From Sandaracinaceae bacterium (GTDB lineage Bacteria; Myxococcota_A; Polyangia; Polyangiales; Sandaracinaceae): a stretch of 64,000 nt of DNA. Made by a program: the position numbers and the translations under genes. Location: contig JBGAQA010000020.1 of NCBI GenBank assembly GCA_044220955.1, positions 25,284 to 89,283 of the forward strand, read 5' to 3'. This document shows positions 35,440 to 45,213 of this stretch, piece by piece; within the stretch, counting starts at the first letter, position 1, and the number at the start of each line of letters is the position of its first letter. The notes under the pieces were generated by a model. That model was not told the origin of the DNA and made no database searches. It saw only the letters and a program-made list of their open reading frames with translations.

Positions 35440-36375
35440 CTACATGCCAAGCGCCTTCTTGGCCTTGGCCTTCAGATCGTCGACCTTGAACGGCTTCGTC
35501 ACGTAGATGCGCGCGCCCGCGTTCACGCCGTCGATCACGTCCTTGGGACCCTGCTTGGCCGTGAGCATGATGATGGGCACCCGCGACGTCCGGGCGTCCG
35601 CCTTGAGGCGCCGCGCGAGCTCGAGTCCGTCGACGTGGGGCATCATGACGTCGGTGATCACGAGCCGCGGGAGGGGATCCTTCGTGGCGATCTCGAGCGC
35701 CTCGCGGCCGTCCCGCGCCTCGCGCACGTCCCCGAGCTCCTGGAAGATGCGGACGAGCATCTTGCGCAGGGTGTCGTCGTCCTCGACCACGAGGATCGGG
35801 ATGCGCGGCGCGGCGGGCTTCTCGGGCTCCGGAGGCTTCTCGGCGGGCTTCGGTGGCGTCGGCGGCGCCCCCGGTGCGCGGGCGTGCGGCACCACGGTGG
35901 GCGGGCGCAACTGCTCCATCAGCCGGAGGGCCGCCGCCATCTGGTTCGCGCTCGGTGCGCGCGGGCGGCCGCCCGGGCTGACCGGCGCCGTGGCCGGCGT
36001 GCGGGGCGGCGCTGGCGGGGGCGGCCCCGGGCCCCTCTTCGGCGTCGGCCTCGACGACGGACGCGCGATGCCGCGGATCTCGTAGAGCGAGCGGTCGTAG
36101 TCGAGCTTGCGCCCCGGATCGCGCAGAGCCTCGTAGGCCTCGGTGGCGCGGGCGAAGATCGCCTCCATCCGCTTGCGGTGCACACCCGAATCGCGCGCAT
36201 GCCAGCGGTCGGGATGGAAGCGCTTGATGACCCGCAGGTACGCCGCCTTGATCTCGTCCGGGCTCGAGGCCTCGCTGATGCCCAGCAGCGCGTAGTGATC
36301 GAGCAGGGTCAGCTGCGGCGCGAGCCGATCGATGTCCGCCAGCAGATCGTCGGGGAGGGGGGGCTTGTCCGTCAC
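35440..36375 (-). CDS. J-domain plus response-regulator receiver fusion
   Basis: HYALLGI...IKAAY...FHPD...AYEAL; C-terminal REC ILVVEDD, TDVMMP, YVTKPF. Confidence 0.88.
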   Translation of the reverse strand: MTDKPPLPDDLLADIDRLAPQLTLLDHYALLGISEASSPDEIKAAYLRVIKRFHPDRWHARDSGVHRKRMEAIFARATEAYEALRDPGRKLDYDRSLYEIRGIARPSSRPTPKRGPGPPPPAPPRTPATAPVSPGGRPRAPSANQMAAALRLMEQLRPPTVVPHARAPGAPPTPPKPAEKPPEPEKPAAPRIPILVVEDDDTLRKMLVRIFQELGDVREARDGREALEIATKDPLPRLVITDVMMPHVDGLELARRLKADARTSRVPIIMLTAKQGPKDVIDGVNAGARIYVTKPFKVDDLKAKAKKALGM

Positions 36376-37274
36376 GGCTGCGGTCTCGGCCCCGACAGCA
36401 TACGCACCACGACGCTCGCGGCGACAAGCCCGAACGTGCCGGTGACGAAGCTCATCGAGCCGTCGATCCGCGCGCGGCGATCACAGGTCTGCTGGCCGTT
36501 GTCCTTGTTGGGGCAGACGCAGACGAATCCTTCCCCCCCGTCGTAGGTGAGCGGGGAGGGATCGATCGGAGGCTCGAAGCTCGAGACCGCGGTGATTCCG
36601 GTGGGCCTGTTCCGCTCGATGGTGAACCCGTGCTTCTTGCGGAGGATGTTCCGCACGTCCCGGGCGAAGGGGCAGACCTCCGTGTCGGCCAGGTCCGTGG
36701 CGCGGACGCGCGTCGGGTCGAGGCGCGCGGCGGCGCCCATGCACGAGACGACCGGGATCCCGCGCGCGACGCAGGTCGCGAGCAGGTGCGCCTTGGCCGT
36801 GAGGTTGTCGATCGCGTCCACGACGAAGTCGACCTGGCCGGAGAGCAGCGCCTCGCTCGTGTCGGCGGCGTAGAACTTCGGCACCGCCTCGATCGTGGCC
36901 GTGGGCGAGACCAGCCGCAGGCGCTCGGCCATCACCTCCGCCTTGCTCTTGCCGATGTTGCCCTTCAGCGCGTGCAGCTGGCGGTTGGAGTTGGTCACAC
37001 AGACGTCGTCGAAGTCGACGAGCGAGAGCGATCCCACGCCCGAGCGCGCCAGCGACTCGGCCGCGAACGAGCCGACGCCGCCCATCCCGAAGATCACGAC
37101 GCGGCTGGCCATGAGCGCGTGGAGCGCCGGCTCGCCGATCAGCCGCGCCGCGCGGTCGACGCGGCGGTGCGTCTTGTAGCCCGGCGGGAGCGCCGGGCGC
37201 GGCCCGGCCGTTGAATTCCGCTCGGCCGCTTCCGTGGCCGGGGCGGGCTCGTCACGCAACATCGGGAGCGGCAT
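36372..37274 (-). CDS. tcdA: tRNA threonylcarbamoyladenosine dehydratase (ThiF/E1-like)
   Basis: GMGGVGS..AESLARSGVG, DFDDVCVTNSNRQ, DAID, MGAAARLDPT, GSMSFVTGTFG. Confidence 0.85.
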   Translation of the reverse strand: MPLPMLRDEPAPATEAAERNSTAGPRPALPPGYKTHRRVDRAARLIGEPALHALMASRVVIFGMGGVGSFAAESLARSGVGSLSLVDFDDVCVTNSNRQLHALKGNIGKSKAEVMAERLRLVSPTATIEAVPKFYAADTSEALLSGQVDFVVDAIDNLTAKAHLLATCVARGIPVVSCMGAAARLDPTRVRATDLADTEVCPFARDVRNILRKKHGFTIERNRPTGITAVSSFEPPIDPSPLTYDGGEGFVCVCPNKDNGQQTCDRRARIDGSMSFVTGTFGLVAASVVVRMLSGPRPQP

Positions 37275-37309
37275 CGGAAGGAGGTATAGCAGTACCGAGG
37301 TCCGGTGCG

Positions 37310-37329
37310 ATGTGCTACGAGTAGCACAT
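37310..37329. promoter_or_regulatory. Inverted-repeat operator overlapping the antitoxin start
   Basis: ATGTGCTAC-GA-GTAGCACAT, perfect 9-bp arms, ending within ATG 37328. Confidence 0.7.
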
Positions 37330-37603
37330 GGACTCGGTGGGTGTCCGAGAGCTGCGTCAGCGTGCCAGTGAGCTCATTCGTCGCGTGGAAGCGGGCGAGA
37401 CGCTCGAGGTGACCGATCGTGGTCGCCCGGTCGCGCTGCTCGCGCCGATCGCTCGCGGCTCGCTGCTGGCGCAGTGGAGAGCCACGGGCGAGACGACGGG
37501 CAAGAGCAAGGGTCTCGCGGGGCTGCCGCCACCGCTCGTGTTGCCACGTGGGCACGAGCTCCCGTCGCGCAGGCTGGCGCGGCTTCGCGAGCACGAGCGC
37601 TGA
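37328..37603 (+). CDS. vapB: Phd/YefM-family antitoxin
   Basis: VGVRELRQRASELIRRVEAGE.LEVTDRGRPVA; upstream of a PIN toxin. Confidence 0.88.
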   Translation: MDSVGVRELRQRASELIRRVEAGETLEVTDRGRPVALLAPIARGSLLAQWRATGETTGKSKGLAGLPPPLVLPRGHELPSRRLARLREHER

Positions 37604-37610
37604 CGTGTCG

Positions 37611-37994
37611 ATGATCTACCTCGACTCCTCGGCGATCGTGAAGCTCGCGGTCGAGGAGCCGGAGTCTGCCGCGCTACGCAGGGCGCTTCGTGGACGAACG
37701 GAGCTCGTCTCGAGCGCGCTCGCGCGCACGGAGGTGGCGCGGACGTTGCTGGCGGACGGACAGGACGTGGTGAACCGAGGCGAGGCCGTCCTCGAACGAA
37801 TCGAGCTCGCTCGCGTCAACGATCGCGTGCTTCGCCTCGCCGGACAGCTGACGCCTCATGGCCTGCGCTCGCTCGACGCGATCCATCTCGCGACGGCGAA
37901 GCTGCTCGAGCGCGTGAAGCTCGTCGTGACGTACGACGCTCGGATGGCCGAGGCGGCGCGCGCGATGAAGTGGAAGGTCAGCGCTCCGAGCTGA
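37611..37994 (+). CDS. vapC: VapC PIN-domain toxin
   Basis: IYLDSSA..K, S.LARTEV, LRSLDAIHLA, TYDARM. Confidence 0.9.
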   Translation: MIYLDSSAIVKLAVEEPESAALRRALRGRTELVSSALARTEVARTLLADGQDVVNRGEAVLERIELARVNDRVLRLAGQLTPHGLRSLDAIHLATAKLLERVKLVVTYDARMAEAARAMKWKVSAPS

Positions 37995-38039
37995 CGTGAC
38001 GCCGCGTCAGCCTTCCGCACTCGCATCAGTGCGTGGCGA

Positions 38040-39314
38040 TCAGTGCGCGCCCTTCTTCGGGCGCAGCCGCTTGCCCGCCTCGACGTGCTCGTTCCACGTC
38101 GCCGGGGCGAAGCCGTTGTCCACGGGCGTCATCGTGATGCAGCCCGAGACGGGGCACACGATCTGGCAGAGGTTGCAGCCGACGCACTCGCTCTCGTCGA
38201 CGAAGGGGACGTGCGAGCCCTCGGTCTTGCTGGGGTAGACGCACTGGTGCGCGCCGTCCTGACAAGCCACCACGCAGAGCTGGCAGCCGATGCACTTCTT
38301 CGCGTCGATCTTCGCGACCGTCTCGTAGTTGAGGTCGAGGTTGCCCCACTCGCTGAACGAGGGGACGGCCTTGCCGATCATGTCGTCGAGCTTCGCGAAG
38401 CCGTGGGTGCGCATGTACTCCTCGAGCCCGTCGATCATGTCCTCGACGACGCGGAAGCCGCGCAGCATCACCTCGGTGCAGACCTGCACGTTGCTGGCGC
38501 CGAGCAGCATGAACTCGACCGCGTCCCTCCAGTTGCTGACGCCGCCGATGGCCGAGATCGGCAGCGTGAAGTCCTCGCTCCGCGCCAGCGCACCGACCAT
38601 GTGCATCGCGATGGGCTTCACCGCCGGCCCGCAGTAGCCGCCGTTGGTGCTCTTGCCGTTGACGACCGGCTTGAGCGTGAAGGCGTCGATGTCCACGCCG
38701 ATGATGCTCTTGATGGTGTTGATGAGCGAGACGCCGTGCGCGCCGCCGCGCTGCGCGGCGAGGCCGTGCGGGAGGATGTCCGCGACGTTCGGCGTGAGCT
38801 TCACGAGCACCGGCACGCTCGAGTACTCGACCGCCCACGAGGTGATCTTCTCGTTGACGCTCGGCTCCTGGCCTACCGCCGAGCCCATGCCGCGCTCGCA
38901 CATGCCGTGCGGGCAGCCGAAGTTGAGCTCGAGGCCGTCGGCGCCCGCGTCGATCGAGCGCTTGATGATGTCCTTCCACTCGTCCTTCGTCTCGACCATC
39001 AAGGAGACGACGACGGCGTGCTTCGGGTACTTCTTCTTGGTGTCGTAGATCTCCCGGAAGTTCACCTCGAGCGGGCGATCGGTGATCAGCTCGATGTTGT
39101 TGAAGCCGATGGTGCGCTGACCGTGGTAGTCCCAGGTGCCGAAGCGCGACGAGACGTTCTGGATGGGCGTGCCGAGCGTCTTCCACACCGCGCCGCCCCA
39201 GCCGGCGTCGAACGCGCGCTGGACCTGGCCGCCCGAGTTCGTCGGCGGCGCCGACGCGAGCCAGAAGGGGTTCGGCGAGCGGATGCCCGCACAGTTCGAG
39301 GAGAGATCCACCAC
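38040..39314 (-). CDS. preA: NAD-dependent dihydropyrimidine dehydrogenase subunit PreA
   Basis: NPFWLASAPPT, WGGAVWKT, NNIELITDR, ELNFGCPHGM.ERGMG, C-terminal 2x[4Fe-4S] motifs. Confidence 0.95.
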   Translation of the reverse strand: MVDLSSNCAGIRSPNPFWLASAPPTNSGGQVQRAFDAGWGGAVWKTLGTPIQNVSSRFGTWDYHGQRTIGFNNIELITDRPLEVNFREIYDTKKKYPKHAVVVSLMVETKDEWKDIIKRSIDAGADGLELNFGCPHGMCERGMGSAVGQEPSVNEKITSWAVEYSSVPVLVKLTPNVADILPHGLAAQRGGAHGVSLINTIKSIIGVDIDAFTLKPVVNGKSTNGGYCGPAVKPIAMHMVGALARSEDFTLPISAIGGVSNWRDAVEFMLLGASNVQVCTEVMLRGFRVVEDMIDGLEEYMRTHGFAKLDDMIGKAVPSFSEWGNLDLNYETVAKIDAKKCIGCQLCVVACQDGAHQCVYPSKTEGSHVPFVDESECVGCNLCQIVCPVSGCITMTPVDNGFAPATWNEHVEAGKRLRPKKGAH

Positions 39315-39316
39315 GG

Positions 39317-40624
39317 CTACGCTCCCTTGCTCATGAGCTGACGATCGATCGCGCGCGCGGCGCGCTTGCCCTCGGCCGCCGCGTTGACGACCTCCTTGCC
39401 GCCGTTCGCGCAGTCGCCGCCGGACCACACCTTGGGGCGGCCGGTGAAGCCGTCGTCGTCCACGACGATGCGGCCCTTGTCGAGCCTCACGCCGGCGAGG
39501 TGCCCGACGAGGTCGCCGAGCTTCGCCTGCCCGATCGCGAGCAGGACGAGGTCTGCCTCGATCGCGTGCTCGCTGCCTGCGATCGTCTTCTTCGCTTCGT
39601 CGAGCCTCACGCACCTCAGGCGCTCGACCTTGCCCGCGCCCTCGAACGCCACGGGCTGCGTCTGCCACGCGTAGCGCGTGCCCTCGATCGCGGCCGCGTC
39701 GTTCTCGTGCTCGTAGCCGGACATGTGCGCGCGGGTGCCGCGGTACACCATGGTGACGCTCGGCACGCCGAGGCCGATGAGCTCACGCACCGCGTCGATC
39801 GCGGTGTTGCCGCCGCCGACGACCACGCCCCGCCGCACGCCGGAGAGGTCGACGTGGCCGAGCTTCATCTTCTCGATGAAGGCGACCGCCCCCTGAATCC
39901 CCGCGAGCTCCTCGCCCGGCACGCCGAGCCGCGAGTCCGCGCCGAGGCCGAGGCCGAGGAACACCGCGTCGTGGCTCGCCTCGAGCTGCTCGAAGGTGAT
40001 GTCCTTGCCGATGGTGACCTTGCTCTTGATCTCGACGCCGCCGATCGCGAGCACCCACGCCGCCTCTTCCACGGCGCGATCCGCGCGCATCTTGTAGGGC
40101 GCGACGCCCGTCGTATCGAGGCCGCCGAGCACGCTGCCCTTCTCGTAGATCGTGCAGGCGTGCCCGAGGCGGCGCAGCTCGTGCGCGCAGGCGAGCGAGG
40201 CGGGGCCGCCGCCGACGAGCGCCACCTTCTTGCCGGTCGCCTTGCCGGCCTCGAAGAACCGCCACTTCGCCTCGAACGCGGCGTCCGTCGCGTAGCGCTG
40301 GAGCTTGCCGATCTGGACGGGCGGCACCTCGAGCTCGTTGTAGACGCAGTCGCCGACGCAGAGCACCTCGACCGGGCACACGCGCGCGCAGCTCATGCCG
40401 AGCACGTTCGACTCGAAGATGGTCTTCGCCGAGCCACGGACGTTCTCGGTGGCGATCTTCCGGATGAAGGTCGGGATGTCGATGTGCGTCGGGCACGCCT
40501 TCACGCAGGGCGGGTCCTGGCAGTAGAGGCAGCGGTTCGCTTCCAGCGCCGCCTGCGCCGGCGTGTACGGATCCTTGAAGTCCGTGAAGACCGTCTCGCT
40601 CCGCTTCGACTCGAGCTCGCTCAT
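39317..40624 (-). CDS. preT: Dihydropyrimidine dehydrogenase subunit PreT (GltD-like)
   Basis: EANRCLYC.DPPC..ACP, CARVCP...LC, GGGPA, GGGNTAID; adjacent to preA. Confidence 0.9.
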   Translation of the reverse strand: MSELESKRSETVFTDFKDPYTPAQAALEANRCLYCQDPPCVKACPTHIDIPTFIRKIATENVRGSAKTIFESNVLGMSCARVCPVEVLCVGDCVYNELEVPPVQIGKLQRYATDAAFEAKWRFFEAGKATGKKVALVGGGPASLACAHELRRLGHACTIYEKGSVLGGLDTTGVAPYKMRADRAVEEAAWVLAIGGVEIKSKVTIGKDITFEQLEASHDAVFLGLGLGADSRLGVPGEELAGIQGAVAFIEKMKLGHVDLSGVRRGVVVGGGNTAIDAVRELIGLGVPSVTMVYRGTRAHMSGYEHENDAAAIEGTRYAWQTQPVAFEGAGKVERLRCVRLDEAKKTIAGSEHAIEADLVLLAIGQAKLGDLVGHLAGVRLDKGRIVVDDDGFTGRPKVWSGGDCANGGKEVVNAAAEGKRAARAIDRQLMSKGA

Positions 40625-40690
40625 CGAACCCCTCCCGAAACGACCCTTGTAACCCGGAGCCGAGGCGGCGCGCCATCGGACTCGGCCGGG

Positions 40691-41311
40691 TCAGATGCGA
40701 GCGGAGAGGTCCACCATCGGGCCACGCGGGCGCGTGACCGGATACTCGCGTGGCAACCCTGTGAACGGGTTCTTTCGCACCTGGCGGCCGATGATCTCGA
40801 CGGACAGGTCCGCCCGAGGGTCGTCGCTCTGCGTCCACTCGTGCAGCCAGTCCGCGAGGCGCGGTGACGTCTGCCAATAGTAGAGCCCCTCGGGTCGCCC
40901 GGGCCCTGCGACGAGCCACTCGCACGTGACGATGGCGCCGTCTGCCGTCGCGCAGTCGAGATACGACCACTTCCCTGCGCCCCAGTTGCTGAGACAGAGC
41001 AAGTCGCGCGGGCCGCGGTGCTGCGCCCGCGCCCGGTCGTCGAAGTAGAGGTCGAGGATGTTCTCGACACCGGTCCTTCGCAGGTCGTCGTCGAAGTGAC
41101 CACGTGGCGGGACGCCGTAGAGCGGCCCGGGACCGAGTCCGCCGTTGCCGATCTCGAGCAACACGCGCTTGTAGAACCAAGGCAACGAGAACCGGAGCCG
41201 CTCCTCGGCGTGGTCGAGATCGGCACGTTCCGCCGGTGCGGCGACACGCTGTACGAGCGCGCTCGCACGCGAACGAATCGCATCGATGAGGCGATCAGGC
41301 TCCACTCCCAA
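40691..41311 (-). CDS. SMI1/KNR4 (SUKH) family immunity-like protein
   Basis: LDHAEERLRFSLP..YK..L.EIGNGG.GP, WGAG.WSYLDC. Confidence 0.75.
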   Translation of the reverse strand: MGVEPDRLIDAIRSRASALVQRVAAPAERADLDHAEERLRFSLPWFYKRVLLEIGNGGLGPGPLYGVPPRGHFDDDLRRTGVENILDLYFDDRARAQHRGPRDLLCLSNWGAGKWSYLDCATADGAIVTCEWLVAGPGRPEGLYYWQTSPRLADWLHEWTQSDDPRADLSVEIIGRQVRKNPFTGLPREYPVTRPRGPMVDLSARI

Positions 41312-41343
41312 ATCATTTCACGGTCCGGGTATGACGGGAACGA

Positions 41344-41718
41344 TCAGACGACGACGATCTCGATATCGCGGCCCAGCGCCTCGACGAGGGGCCCGAGGTC
41401 CTCGGGATCCGACGTGACGATCACGTCGTCGTCGTTCGCGAGGAGAACCACCGCGGCATCGATGACGTCGGAAGTGCGCGCATCGACGAGGAGTGCGCCA
41501 GCTCTCCGGCCCAGCGCGTCATCGAGCGCTCGCACGTGAACCCATGCGAGGGCACGCGCGAGGAGTGCTTGCCGCGGGCCGCCGCGTCGCCACACCTGTC
41601 CCACGACGCCGCCGTGCGTCGACGGAACGTCGCCTCTCCGCCTCGCCTGCTCGAACCGGCGCCACATCGAGGCGTCGCCTCGCTCGAGCGCGATGAGCGC
41701 GCCCGCGTCGAAGATCAT
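41344..41718 (-). CDS. PIN-domain toxin
   Basis: IFDAGALIA, VVGQVWR, DVIDAAVV, IVTSDPEDL. Confidence 0.82.
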   Translation of the reverse strand: MIFDAGALIALERGDASMWRRFEQARRRGDVPSTHGGVVGQVWRRGGPRQALLARALAWVHVRALDDALGRRAGALLVDARTSDVIDAAVVLLANDDDVIVTSDPEDLGPLVEALGRDIEIVVV

Positions 41719-41720
41719 CG

Positions 41721-42023
41721 TCACGCCGCGCGTCGCCGGCGCTTGGCCGGCGCGGGCCGCCGTGGGTACCGGATGGCGTTCCGGCGGTCGGCGCGCTCCT
41801 GCTCGGCGAGCTCCTCGTCCGTGATCTTGCCGAACTGCGCCTCGTAGGCAGCGACCGCCTCCGCCATCCCGGCGAGGCGGCGCTCCTTGTCGACACGCTC
41901 GGCCATCGCCGCGCTCACCCACGCGCTGAGCGACGGGGCCTCCCCGCGCGCGACCGCCGCGTTGCCGGCGCGAACGAGCGCGGGATCGACCGTCACCGTG
42001 AGCCTGTCCTTCGGCGTCCTCAT
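41721..42023 (-). CDS. Ribbon-helix-helix-type antitoxin
   Basis: KDRLTVTVDP.LV...SLSAWVSAAM...YEAQFGKITDEEL; directly upstream of the PIN gene. Confidence 0.78.
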   Translation of the reverse strand: MRTPKDRLTVTVDPALVRAGNAAVARGEAPSLSAWVSAAMAERVDKERRLAGMAEAVAAYEAQFGKITDEELAEQERADRRNAIRYPRRPAPAKRRRRAA

Positions 42024-42057
42024 ACTGCCATCGTAGCGCAGTATGAGGATGGTACAA
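42017..42057 (-). promoter_or_regulatory. Leaderless-type sigma70 promoter overlapped by a 12-bp inverted-repeat operator
   Basis: TCCTCATACTGC-N9-GCAGTATGAGGA (42017-42049); minus strand reads TTGTAC-N16-TACGAT-N6-ATG. Confidence 0.75.
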
Positions 42058-42066
42058 CTCGGGCGC

Positions 42067-42318
42067 TCAGCCGCTGACCTTGCCCCAGGGAAGGCCCGAG
42101 CCCTCGCGCAGCTCGTACACGGCGACGGTGACCGCCTCGAGCCGGGCGCGCATGCACGCCTTGCACGCGAACGGGCCGGTCGCTTCGGGGGTCACCGAGA
42201 CCACGACGTCCGTCTCCGCCGCGCAGAGATCGCACGTCGCCTTCGTCGACGGATCGATGCTCTTCTTCCCGTCGCGAACGTTCCCGCGCCCAGCGACGCG
42301 TACCTCGATGCTCGCCAT
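42067..42318 (-). CDS. Small CxxC-x-CxxC (zinc-finger-like) protein
   Basis: CDLC...CKAC; GGAGGGG RBS, 18 bp downstream of the mmsA stop. Confidence 0.65.
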   Translation of the reverse strand: MASIEVRVAGRGNVRDGKKSIDPSTKATCDLCAAETDVVVSVTPEATGPFACKACMRARLEAVTVAVYELREGSGLPWGKVSG

Positions 42319-42336
42319 CTTCGCCCCCTCCGTCGT

Positions 42337-43830
<1,494 letters not shown>

Positions 43831-43931
43831 GCTGTTCTCTCCGCAGGAAGTAGCGTGATCGGTACCACGCGCGCGCGGAAGCCGAAAGGCGCGGAAATAT
43901 CGGCGCGCATCGCCGCGGTTGGAGCCCGACG

Positions 43932-45191
43932 ATGAAGGTCGCAATCGCGGCGATGGACACGCGCGGCGGGATCCAGCCCTACGTCGCGCTCGGCGAGGGC
44001 CTCGCGCGCGCGGGTCACGACGTCCGGATGATCGCGCCCGAGGACGCGGCGTCGATGATCGACGAGGCGAAGATCCCGCACGCGAGGCTCGAGGGCAGCG
44101 TCGAGGCGTCGCTCCGCGGGAGCGAAGGAGCGCCCGAGCGCGGCGCGCTCGCGGTCATGCGCTTCGCGGCCCGCGAGCTGGAGGCGCGCGTGCGCGGGTG
44201 GACGAAGACGGCGCTCGAGGCGTGTGACGGAGTCGACCTGGTCGTCGGCGGCGTCGGCGGGATGGTGGTGGCGCTCTCGGCGGCGGAGAAGGCCGGCGTG
44301 CCCTTCGTCCCGGCGCACCTGCAGCCGCTCGGCGCGCCGACCGATGCCTATCCGGGCGTGCTCTTCCCGCGGACGCCGCGGTGGCTGGGTCGCTGGGCGA
44401 TCCGTGCGAGCCATCGCCTGACCGAGCTCGGCGTCTGGATGCCCTTCGAGCGGGCGATGAGCACCGCGCGGCGCGAGGTGCTCGGCCTCGAGGGCGCGCC
44501 GCGGGCCGCGGAAGGACGGCCTGTCCTCTACGGGTTCAGCCGCCTCGTCGTCGACGTGCCGCCCGATCCGGCCGTCGATCGGCACGTGACGGGCTACTGG
44601 ACTCTCGCGGCAGAGCGCTTCGAGCCACCGGCGCGACTCGCCGCGTTCCTCGCGCGAGGCGGCCCGATCGTGTGCGTCGGCTTCGGAAGCATGGCGAGCC
44701 GCGATCCGGCGGCGGCCGCCGCGTGCGTGCTCGAGGCCACGCGCGCCGCAGGCGTCCGCGCGATCCTGCTCTCGGGGTGGGGCGGTCTGCGCGCCTCGGA
44801 GAGCGACGACGTCTTCGTGACCGATGCGCTGCCGCACGACTGGCTCTTCCCGCGCATGACCGCCGTCGTGCACCACGGCGGCGCCGGCACGACGGGCGCG
44901 GGACTCCGCGCGGGCGTCCCGGCCGTGGTCGTCCCGTTCACGATGGACCAGCCATTCTGGGGCGCGCGGGTCGCCGCCCTCGGGGTGGGCCCCGAGCCGA
45001 TCCCTCGCTCGAGGCTGCGCGCCGAGCGTCTCGCGCGGGCGCTCACCGAGGTGCAGGACCCCGGGATGAGAGCCCGCGCACGAGCCCTGGGCGAGGCGCT
45101 CCGGAGGGAGGAGGGCGTGCGCGAGGCGGTCCGGGTCCTCGAGCGCGCGGCGGCCGGCGAGATCCCAGCCAACGGCTTGCAAATGCAATAG
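43932..45191 (+). CDS. GT1-family glycosyltransferase (sterol glucosyltransferase-like)
   Basis: TRGGIQPYVALG, TGYW, GFGSM, HDWLFPR..AVVHHGGAGTT, DQPFW. Confidence 0.88.
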   Translation: MKVAIAAMDTRGGIQPYVALGEGLARAGHDVRMIAPEDAASMIDEAKIPHARLEGSVEASLRGSEGAPERGALAVMRFAARELEARVRGWTKTALEACDGVDLVVGGVGGMVVALSAAEKAGVPFVPAHLQPLGAPTDAYPGVLFPRTPRWLGRWAIRASHRLTELGVWMPFERAMSTARREVLGLEGAPRAAEGRPVLYGFSRLVVDVPPDPAVDRHVTGYWTLAAERFEPPARLAAFLARGGPIVCVGFGSMASRDPAAAAACVLEATRAAGVRAILLSGWGGLRASESDDVFVTDALPHDWLFPRMTAVVHHGGAGTTGAGLRAGVPAVVVPFTMDQPFWGARVAALGVGPEPIPRSRLRAERLARALTEVQDPGMRARARALGEALRREEGVREAVRVLERAAAGEIPANGLQMQ

Positions 45192-45203
45192 TGATGCGAT
45201 AAT
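45177..45203 (+). promoter_or_regulatory. AT-rich promoter, possible metal-regulator site, before the TonB-dependent receptor
   Basis: TTGCAAATGCAATAGTGATGCGATAAT, an AT-rich island with TGCAA twice and an extended -10 TGcGATAAT. Confidence 0.4.
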
Positions 45204-45213
45204 CGGCTCCCCC

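Noticed and set aside
35354..36427. N-terminal extension of the esterase ORF; similar extensions on the FGE, Omp85, preA, tatC and ceramidase ORFs
   Set aside because: Extensions overlap neighbouring genes in other frames. Signal peptides, RBSs and stop/start overlaps mark the shorter starts.
40625..42066. Insertion sequence or transposon carrying the TA/SMI1 block
   Set aside because: No transposase, integrase, terminal inverted repeats or target-site duplication could be identified by eye.
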